Source: Gammaproteobacteria bacterium (lineage in GTDB: Bacteria > Pseudomonadota > Gammaproteobacteria > GCA-001735895). From it: a stretch of DNA of 58,494 nt. Positions 49,857 to 57,664 of this stretch are shown piece by piece. Numbering within the stretch: position 1 is the first letter of the stretch; each line of letters opens with the position of its first letter. The stretch covers positions 1 to 58,494 of the forward strand of contig JBNKUM010000027.1 in the NCBI GenBank assembly GCA_050298595.1, given 5' to 3'. Both the position numbers and the translations under genes were made by a program. A model generated the notes under the pieces. It made no database searches, was not told the DNA's origin, and saw only the letters and a program-made list of their open reading frames with translations.

Positions 49857-49889
49857 CAACCAATCGAATAGTGAGTTTTGGAGAAATAT

Positions 49890-50696
49890 ATGTTGCGTAG
49901 TTTTATCCTGGTTATATCAGTTAGTGTTTTCCTGGTCTCTTGTAATAAAGAAGATCTGGTTGGAAAAGTTAATGGTCGAGATATATCTCGCACTCAATTT
50001 AATCATTACCTGACATTTAAAAATATTCCACAAGAAGACAAAAAACGCGTCGATATGATGCTAAAAGATTATATGCAACGGGAAGCATTTACTTCATTAA
50101 TTGAAAAATCGAAGGAGTTTGATGCAACACTGATAGAAACCGAGCTGAATGAATTTAAAAAGCAGATTGTGATTAGTAGATATTTTGAAGAGTATCTGAA
50201 GAAAAAGGTTAACGAGGAGGCGGTTAAAAATTATTACAATACCAGGGCCGAAGAATATCAGCGTGAAAAAATTAAAGTAGCGCATATTCTCATACGTACC
50301 AATGACAAAATGAGCGATGTGGAGTTACAGGCTGCATTGACCAAAGCTCAGGAAGCTTATAGTAAAGCTCGGGCCGGTCAGTTATTTGCTGATGTTGCGA
50401 AACAATACTCTGATGATACCGTATCGGCACGCCAGGGAGGAGAGTTGGGCTGGTTGAGTAAAGGAGCCATAGACCCTGTTTTTTCTGCACGAATATTTGA
50501 AACTAAAGCAGGAGAAATTTCAGAACCTTTTAAAACTTCATTTGGTTTCCATGTGGTAAAAGTACTTGAGAGCCCTCAGATTATTAAAATACCATTTGAA
50601 AAAGTAAAGGGGGATATCCTCTATCGTTTACGTCAGCAGGCGAAACAGGCTGAAATGGATCGATTATTGTCACAAGTAGAGATAAGTTATCTATGA
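49890..50696 (+). CDS. Parvulin (PpiC-type) peptidyl-prolyl isomerase lipoprotein, PrsA/SurA-like foldase
   Basis: ATG 49890 follows GGAG. Lipobox FLVS-C, VGKVNGRDIS helical N-domain, and rotamase motifs KVAHILIR, YSDD...GGELGW, DPVF and GEISEPFKTSFGFHVVKV. Confidence 0.92.
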   Translation: MLRSFILVISVSVFLVSCNKEDLVGKVNGRDISRTQFNHYLTFKNIPQEDKKRVDMMLKDYMQREAFTSLIEKSKEFDATLIETELNEFKKQIVISRYFEEYLKKKVNEEAVKNYYNTRAEEYQREKIKVAHILIRTNDKMSDVELQAALTKAQEAYSKARAGQLFADVAKQYSDDTVSARQGGELGWLSKGAIDPVFSARIFETKAGEISEPFKTSFGFHVVKVLESPQIIKIPFEKVKGDILYRLRQQAKQAEMDRLLSQVEISYL

Positions 50697-51562
50697 AAAT
50701 AGTTGTGGCAATGAAATTAATTATATTGTTGACAGCGGTGGTTGCCTGTAAACAGGAATCTGATGGCATTAGCCATATTGAAGCGGGTAATGCTAGTCTT
50801 AATAAAGACCTGGTAGTGGCTAAAGTAGATGATGATTTATTATATCAAAGTCAACTTGACCTGATGATGGACAAGTTAGCCTCTGGACAATCCGAAGAAA
50901 ACAGAGCCAGGCTTAAATCGACTATTTTACAGGGTATGGTTAGAACCAGAGTGTTGGCGAATTTGGCCGAGCAACAGCTAGATGATGATGAGATCAGAAA
51001 AATCAATGCGAAAGTAAAAAATTACAGGGATGAAATACTGGTTAAATCCTATGTGGAAAAAAATATAGTAGTAGAGCCAGTCACTGCAGAAATGATTAAA
51101 CAGTATTATCAGGAACATCTTAATGAATACGCAGAGCAGGGCAGGATTAACTTTGAATTTCTGGTTACTACATCACCCCGACTTGATGATGATATGGTTA
51201 GCCAGGTTATGGCCGAGTTTTCAAAAGCGAAAAATATTGATAACTGGCACTTATATGTTGACACGCTTAAACAAAAAAAAATACCGGTAGAGTTTAACTC
51301 TGTATCGATGCTCCCTGCATCTATCAATAAAGCACTACGTTCTCCTATAGAAAATTTGACTGAAGGTGAGGTTAGTGATCTTGTTTTTGGTGATTATATT
51401 TATATTGTTAAATTAATAAGCCGAGAGCCTGATACTTTTAAGCCACTCAAAGATGTCAGTATGGCAATACGAAAAAAATTAGCTCCGCAAAAATTTAAAC
51501 AAATGCTCACTCAGCATATCGATAAAGCCATGATAAGCAAACAGGTTGAGTATATTCAGTGA
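50693..51562 (+). CDS. Second PrsA-like lipoprotein with a degenerate parvulin domain
   Basis: ATGA overlap with the upstream gene (alternative start 50711). Lipobox VVA-C, VVAKVDD, VTAEMIKQYYQEH and LTEGEVSDLV...YIYIVKL. The two conserved parvulin histidines appear to be absent. Confidence 0.82.
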   Translation: MKIVVAMKLIILLTAVVACKQESDGISHIEAGNASLNKDLVVAKVDDDLLYQSQLDLMMDKLASGQSEENRARLKSTILQGMVRTRVLANLAEQQLDDDEIRKINAKVKNYRDEILVKSYVEKNIVVEPVTAEMIKQYYQEHLNEYAEQGRINFEFLVTTSPRLDDDMVSQVMAEFSKAKNIDNWHLYVDTLKQKKIPVEFNSVSMLPASINKALRSPIENLTEGEVSDLVFGDYIYIVKLISREPDTFKPLKDVSMAIRKKLAPQKFKQMLTQHIDKAMISKQVEYIQ

Positions 51563-51655
51563 TGTCGTTATGAATATGGATGTTATATATCTTTCAAGTT
51601 TTTATCCAATGACCCATGGGCTAGAAATGGCACTGGCAAATCTGGAGTTTTTACA

Positions 51656-54600
51656 ATGAAATTCTATTTTCAGTTACTGTCGTCCCTGGTACTATTGCTG
51701 ACTTCTGTTGTCGTACAGGCTTATGAATTTGATCCGGCTGGAAATTTAGCCTGTTTTTATGATCAACCAAATTACCAGGGGGCAGAATATTGTTACGGGG
51801 TGGGTGATGTTGCTTCTCTGGACTCCCCAATAAAGAACATATTTGAATCGGTTAGGATTCCGCAAAATATCGAAGTGTTTGGTTTTAATTACAGTAATTT
51901 TACCGGCACGATGGAAATCTATTCTGCTGATACAGCAGCAATCGTGAATTTAAATGCAAATCTCGAATCGTTAAAAATATATGACCTTTCGGTGCGTCAG
52001 TTCGATCCCTCAGGTTTATATACCTGTTTTTACACTCAACCTAATTTTGAGGGTGCAGAGTTTTGCTACGGCGTTGGCGATCATGCAGAGTTCGATCCGA
52101 TACTCAAGAACCTTTTCCAGTCGGTCAGAGTCCCGCAAAATATCGAAGTATTTGGCTTTAATTACAGAAACTTTACAGGCACGATGGAAATCTATTCTGC
52201 TGATACTGCGGTACTTGGGAGTTTGAATCAGAATCTGGAGTCATTGAAGATTTATGATCTGTCAGTACGTCAGTTCAATCCCTCAGGCTCAAATACCTGT
52301 TTTTACACTCAACATGATTTTGAGGGTGCTGAATTTTGTTACGGAGTGGGGGAGCATGCAGAGTTAGATCCAATACTCAAGAATTTGTTCCAGTCGGTCA
52401 GAGTCCCTCAAAATATCGAAGTATTTGGCTTTAATTACAGAAACTTTACAGGCACGATGGAAATCTATTCTGCTGATACAGCCTCAATCGTGAATTTAAA
52501 AGCAAATCTCGAATCGTTAAAAGTATATGACCTGTCGGTGCGTCAATTCGATCCCTCAGGTTCAAATACCTGTTTTTATACACAACCCAATTTTGAGGGT
52601 GCAGAGTTTTGTTATGGAATTGGAGATTATGCGCAGTTAGATCCGATGCTCAAGAACCTGTTCCAGTCGGTCAGAGTTCCTCAAAATGTTGAAGTATTCG
52701 GCTTTAATTACAGTTATTTTAACGGCACAAAGGAAATCTATTCTGCAGATGCTGAAGTATTAGGGCGTTTGAATCAGACTCTGGAATCATTTAAAATATA
52801 TAACCTGTCAGTACGTCAGTTCGATCACTCTGGCACAAATACATGTTTTTATACACAACCCAATTTTGAGGGTGCTGAATTTTGCTACGGCGTGGGGGAA
52901 TATGAGCAGATCGATCCGATACTAAGAAATCTGTTCCAGTCGGTCAGAGTTCCTTTAAATACCGAAGTGTTTGGCTTTAATTATAGTAACTTTAATGGTG
53001 CCATAGAACTGTATTCTCAGGATACAGCAGCAATCTCGAGTTTAAATGTCGATCTGGAATCGTTTAAAATATATGACCTTTCTGTGCGTATGTTCGATCC
53101 CGTTGGTTCAAATATCTGTTTTTACACCCAACCCAATTTTGAGGGTGCTGAATTTTGTTACGAAGTGGGGGAGCATGCTGAGTTAGATCCGATACTAAAG
53201 AGCTTGTTCCAGTCGGTCAGAGTTCCCCAAAATATCGAAGTATTTGGCTTTAATTACAGTAACTTTACCGGCACGATGGAAATCTATTCTGCTGATGCTG
53301 CGGTACTTGGGAGTTTGAATCAGACTTTGGAGTCATTGAAGATTTATGACCTGTCAATACGTCAGTTCGATCCCTCAGGCTCAAATACCTGTTTTTACAC
53401 TCAACCCAATTTTGAGGGCGCTGAGTTTTGTTACGAGGCTGGGGAGCATGCAGAGTTCGATCCGATACTCAAGAACCTGTTCCAGTCGGTCAGAGTCCCT
53501 CAAAATATCGAAGTATTTGGTTTTAATTACAGAAACTTTACAGGCACGATGGAAATCTATTCTGCTGATACAGCAGAAATCGTTAATTTAAATACAAATC
53601 TCGAATCGTTAAAAATATATGACCTGTCGGTGCGTCAATTCGATCCTTCAGGTTCATATACCTGTTTTTATACGCAACCCAATTTTGAGGGTGCTGAGTT
53701 TTGTTACGGGGTTGGGGAGCATGCAGAGTTAGATCCGATACTCAAGAACCTGTTCCAGTCGGTCAGAGTCCCTCAAAATACCGAAGTATTTGGCTTTAAT
53801 TACAGAAACTTTACAGGCACGATGGAAATCTATTCTGCTGATACAACAGCAATCGTGAATTTAAATGCAAATCTCGAATCGTTAAAAATATATGACCTGT
53901 CGGTGCGTCAATTCAATCCCTCAGGTTCAAATACCTGTTTTTATACGCAACCCAATTTTGAGGGTGCTGAATTTTGTTACGGGGTTGGGGAGCATGCCCA
54001 GATCAACCCGATTGTCAGAAATTTGTTCCAGTCGGTCAGAGTCCCTTTAAATACCGAAGTGTTCGGTTTTAATTATAGTGACTTTAATGGTGCCAGAGAA
54101 CTGTATTCACAGGATGCGGCAGTAATTGTGAGTTTAAATATCGATCTGGAATCTTTTAAAATTTATGACCTGTCAGTACGTCAATTCGATGCCGCAGGTT
54201 CGAATAGCTGTTTTTATACACAGCTTAATTATCAAGGCGCTGAATTCTGTTATGCAATTGGTGATTATGTTCAACTCGATAAAACTCTGAATAATTTGTT
54301 CCAGTCGCTCAAACTCCCTCAAAATTTTCAAGTCACCGGATACAATTACAGCAATTTTACCGGTACGGCAATTACCTATACCTCAGAAGCAGCTACGCTG
54401 GGCAGTCTGGGTAAAAGTTTAACCTCATTTCAAATCTCATTAAAAAATACTGAACTGGATTCAGATGACGATGGTATTAGCGATTCTTACGAATTACAGT
54501 TGGGAACAGATCCAGCTGATCCTGCAAGTGTTCCAGCTGATTTTGATAGTGATGGAATTCCAGACCAACTTGATGATGATTTAGACGGAGATGGTGTCAC

Positions 54601-57600
54601 AAATAGTGCTGATCTCTATCCTGATGATCCTACTGAGTCCGCAGATTTAGATGGTGATGGTATAGGCGACAACAGCGATACTGACATGGATGGTGATGGG
54701 ATCAATAATGATTATGAGACACAGCTAGGGACAAACCCTGCTGACCCCATAAGTGTACCCGCTGACCTGGACAGTGACGGCATGCCGGATGCACTGGATG
54801 ATGATATTGACGGAGATGGCGTAAATAATCTGATTGATAGCTTTCCGAATGATCCAGCTGAGTCTTCTGACTTAGATGGCGATGGCATAGGCGACAACAG
54901 CGATAGCGATATTGATGGTGATGGTTTTAGTAATGATGAAGAAATTGCTGGAGGAAGTAATCCTAACGACCCAAATAATATACCTGGTGCTAATTTAAGA
55001 GTGTTATTTTCCCTGATCACTCCCCCGCTATCTGATAGCCAGTTTATAGATCTAACAGGGGCTGTTTACGGGGACATTATCGACCGTGTGTATCTCACCT
55101 CTGACCATTATCCTGATACTACCTTTGCGGCGAATATAGTCAACAATAACTGGTCTGCCAGAGTGCCATTAAAGGTAGGTGACAATCTAATCAGAGCCCA
55201 TGTAGAGGGAAACAACAATGAAACGGCCGAAGTCAGCAAAATTTTCCGAAGAAAGGAGCCGCCCCCACTAATTTCCATGCTGTTTGATACACCGCTGAAC
55301 AATAGCCTGGTGAATACTGATAGTATCGTGGTGACTGGACGGATTATTAGTGAAACCATCGTCACTTTGCCTGTGGTTAATGTCAACACTATTGCTGCCG
55401 AGGTTAGCCAGGGTGCAAGTCCGACAGAGTTTGTTTTTAGTGCCGCAGTCAGTTTACAGCAAGGCGCAAACAAGATAACGGCCAGCTCAGTGGTGGCAGG
55501 TGAAAGCCTGCAGGAAGATCTCATCATTAATTATCAGCCGGCTGACACTCAAATTTTACCACCTGTTGTGCATATTTCTTCTCCTCATCCAGGAACGACT
55601 TTGATGACAGATAGTTTCGTTTTAACTATGCAGGCAACTTCAGATGTCGGTCTATCAGCGGTAACCATTAATGGGCAGCCCGAGGTTATAAGCGCTTCCG
55701 GTCAGATCAAAAAAACACTTAATTTTGCCGGTCAATCACAGCTGGATGTCATCATTGTAGTCACGGATAATAAGAATCAGCAGAGTACTTTAAATGCAAG
55801 CTACAACCTGGATGCACTGGCCCCGGTTATACAGGTAGATTCAATGCAACCTTATCCTGCGGAAAATATTGTCACTGATAATCCATATAACCTCTCAGGA
55901 ACTGTGACTGATGCTACGCTGCTGCAATTGACCTTAAATGACAAAGTATTGACCCTGGAACCTACTGCAATTCCGCACCAATATCGCTTCAACACAAACC
56001 TGATGCTATCAGCCGGTGTATTGAGTAGTATTCATTTAACCGCAATAGATGCTGCGGGTAATCAGTCACCTCCCAGAGAATACTTGCTTAAAGCTAACAG
56101 TGATATTCAGGTAAGCTGGATAACACCCGCCGATAAAAGTGTAATTCTGCTACAGGCTCCCGGACAAACACTGGATATAAGTGCCAGATTGAGCAACATC
56201 TCAGGTATAGGAGATGTTCAGCTCGATATCACGGGGCAGGCAGGCACATCATCGGTGACTATGGCGCTGAATACAGATATAGCCAGTGCTCGAATTACAC
56301 TCCCTGATAGTGCAGGAGAATATACCCTGGCACTCAAAGTTCTGGATATTAACAGTCAGCTTCTGACCGCTTCTACTCGTTCAATTACACTGAAGTCGGC
56401 TCAGGCCCTGCCACTTGAAATCGTTAAGCTAACGCCACAGGATGGAGCCACCGATGCTGAGCCGAATGATTTTGTCGCTGTATTTTTTAATAAAGCCATC
56501 GATCTAAATTTATTAGACATTCAGCTGCACGAAACCGTGCACGGTTTCGATTATGTGAATGTTGATCCACCAGGATTAGACAGTATGAATGCCAAGGGTT
56601 ATCAGTTACAGAATGTCAACCGGGACTATGAACCAGTACCGGGAGTGTTTTCACTTTTGCCAAATAACACCACAGCGGTTTTTTACCCTCAACAGGAAAT
56701 GGCCTATGACTCTGATCTTTATGTCACTATAAATTATGATGGTCAGGAGATGGCTCGTAGTCATTTTAAAGTGCGTCCACGCCCGACATTTATTGAGGGG
56801 CTGGTAATGGATAACCTGGGTCAAGCCGTAGCCGGAGTCGAAGTCAGCCTGAGCGATCTAAATCGAGTAACCAAAACCGATTCAGAAGGAAGTTACAGCT
56901 TCGGCTTTGGCGACAGTGCTGAACAGAATATCAGCGGTGGGCTACATAAGCTCAGTATCAATGCCGGACTAAAAGATAACCGGTTTGGCAATATCAACAC
57001 CCAGATAAATTTACAGCAGGGGGCAAAAAACGTAATCCCCAGTTTTACCTTACCGCTACTCAATCGGGAAATACCGTTTGCTTACATTAACAGTCATGCT
57101 ACCCAGGTTTTCAATGGAGGGGAATTGAGCATTGATACACAGCAGGCAAGCTTAGCGTTTCCTGATGGCGCTCAGGAAGGCCCTGTGCATGTACAGTTTT
57201 TACCTGGCTCTAGCCATTTACCACCCGTATTTAAACCCGAGTACATACCTCAGTGGTCGTATAGCGTACAACCTTCTGGCATCAAGGTTGAGGGCAATAT
57301 ATCGCTGGATTTTGCCTTGCCAAAATACCGCCAAAGCTATGAATATGCCCCACAGGAAGGTGAACTGGTTCTTTTACTTGGCAGCAATAGCAATAGCTCT
57401 CAACTGATTCCTGTTGGTGTCGGCGAGGCCATTGCGGGTAATCGGGTGCATAGTGTCGGACAAACACATTTCAATATGCTGGACACTATCGCATACAGCA
57501 TGGTCATGCCAGAGCAGCGACTTGATTTACGGGCCTACCAGCAAGGAGAAATTGATCTGCAACAACTGACCCTCAGGCTGCAAACCTTTACCTACAACCC

Positions 57601-57664
57601 ACCAAAGGACGAAGCTGAAGCCATATCCCGGGCAAAAGCACTACAGGAATTGGGAATTAAATAA
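51656..57664 (+). CDS. Secreted 2002-aa protein: 10x beta/gamma-crystallin-like repeats, TSP3 repeats, Ig-like, Big_5 and carboxypeptidase-regulatory-like domains
   Basis: Signal peptide MKFYFQLLSSLVLLLTSVVVQA. Greek-key-like motifs CFYTQPNFEGAEFCY and SVRVPQNIEVFGFNYRNFTG; DLDGDGIGDNSDxDxDGDG repeats; LTPQDGATDAEPNDFVAVFFNKAID (Big_5-like); IEGLVMDNLGQAVAGVEVSL...TDSEGSYSF. Confidence 0.9.
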   Translation: MKFYFQLLSSLVLLLTSVVVQAYEFDPAGNLACFYDQPNYQGAEYCYGVGDVASLDSPIKNIFESVRIPQNIEVFGFNYSNFTGTMEIYSADTAAIVNLNANLESLKIYDLSVRQFDPSGLYTCFYTQPNFEGAEFCYGVGDHAEFDPILKNLFQSVRVPQNIEVFGFNYRNFTGTMEIYSADTAVLGSLNQNLESLKIYDLSVRQFNPSGSNTCFYTQHDFEGAEFCYGVGEHAELDPILKNLFQSVRVPQNIEVFGFNYRNFTGTMEIYSADTASIVNLKANLESLKVYDLSVRQFDPSGSNTCFYTQPNFEGAEFCYGIGDYAQLDPMLKNLFQSVRVPQNVEVFGFNYSYFNGTKEIYSADAEVLGRLNQTLESFKIYNLSVRQFDHSGTNTCFYTQPNFEGAEFCYGVGEYEQIDPILRNLFQSVRVPLNTEVFGFNYSNFNGAIELYSQDTAAISSLNVDLESFKIYDLSVRMFDPVGSNICFYTQPNFEGAEFCYEVGEHAELDPILKSLFQSVRVPQNIEVFGFNYSNFTGTMEIYSADAAVLGSLNQTLESLKIYDLSIRQFDPSGSNTCFYTQPNFEGAEFCYEAGEHAEFDPILKNLFQSVRVPQNIEVFGFNYRNFTGTMEIYSADTAEIVNLNTNLESLKIYDLSVRQFDPSGSYTCFYTQPNFEGAEFCYGVGEHAELDPILKNLFQSVRVPQNTEVFGFNYRNFTGTMEIYSADTTAIVNLNANLESLKIYDLSVRQFNPSGSNTCFYTQPNFEGAEFCYGVGEHAQINPIVRNLFQSVRVPLNTEVFGFNYSDFNGARELYSQDAAVIVSLNIDLESFKIYDLSVRQFDAAGSNSCFYTQLNYQGAEFCYAIGDYVQLDKTLNNLFQSLKLPQNFQVTGYNYSNFTGTAITYTSEAATLGSLGKSLTSFQISLKNTELDSDDDGISDSYELQLGTDPADPASVPADFDSDGIPDQLDDDLDGDGVTNSADLYPDDPTESADLDGDGIGDNSDTDMDGDGINNDYETQLGTNPADPISVPADLDSDGMPDALDDDIDGDGVNNLIDSFPNDPAESSDLDGDGIGDNSDSDIDGDGFSNDEEIAGGSNPNDPNNIPGANLRVLFSLITPPLSDSQFIDLTGAVYGDIIDRVYLTSDHYPDTTFAANIVNNNWSARVPLKVGDNLIRAHVEGNNNETAEVSKIFRRKEPPPLISMLFDTPLNNSLVNTDSIVVTGRIISETIVTLPVVNVNTIAAEVSQGASPTEFVFSAAVSLQQGANKITASSVVAGESLQEDLIINYQPADTQILPPVVHISSPHPGTTLMTDSFVLTMQATSDVGLSAVTINGQPEVISASGQIKKTLNFAGQSQLDVIIVVTDNKNQQSTLNASYNLDALAPVIQVDSMQPYPAENIVTDNPYNLSGTVTDATLLQLTLNDKVLTLEPTAIPHQYRFNTNLMLSAGVLSSIHLTAIDAAGNQSPPREYLLKANSDIQVSWITPADKSVILLQAPGQTLDISARLSNISGIGDVQLDITGQAGTSSVTMALNTDIASARITLPDSAGEYTLALKVLDINSQLLTASTRSITLKSAQALPLEIVKLTPQDGATDAEPNDFVAVFFNKAIDLNLLDIQLHETVHGFDYVNVDPPGLDSMNAKGYQLQNVNRDYEPVPGVFSLLPNNTTAVFYPQQEMAYDSDLYVTINYDGQEMARSHFKVRPRPTFIEGLVMDNLGQAVAGVEVSLSDLNRVTKTDSEGSYSFGFGDSAEQNISGGLHKLSINAGLKDNRFGNINTQINLQQGAKNVIPSFTLPLLNREIPFAYINSHATQVFNGGELSIDTQQASLAFPDGAQEGPVHVQFLPGSSHLPPVFKPEYIPQWSYSVQPSGIKVEGNISLDFALPKYRQSYEYAPQEGELVLLLGSNSNSSQLIPVGVGEAIAGNRVHSVGQTHFNMLDTIAYSMVMPEQRLDLRAYQQGEIDLQQLTLRLQTFTYNPPKDEAEAISRAKALQELGIK
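51728..54450 (+). repeat. Ten tandem 273-bp (91-aa) intragenic repeats
   Basis: Unit starts at 51728, 52001, 52274 ... 54185, an exact 273-bp period. Internal units are highly similar at DNA level; the first and last are more diverged. Confidence 0.95.
54458..54985 (+). repeat. Duplicated 225-bp (75-aa) thrombospondin type-3-like unit (~2.3 copies)
   Basis: GGCGACAACAGCGATA recurs at 54665 and 54890. The protein pattern YE.QLGT.PADP.SVPAD.DSDG.PD.LDDD.DGDGV.N occurs twice. Confidence 0.8.

Noticed and set aside
7968-49856. RTX/LapA-type T1SS adhesin, autotransporter or NRPS/PKS
   Set aside because: No GGxGxDxL nonapeptides, no LapG-type TAAG site near the N-terminus, no C-terminal barrel, no T1SS genes in view and no A/C/KS motifs. 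A Sec signal is present instead.
51728-54450. Possible CRISPR array or non-coding repeat
   Set aside because: Units are 273 bp, in frame and without unique spacers, so this is a coding tandem repeat.
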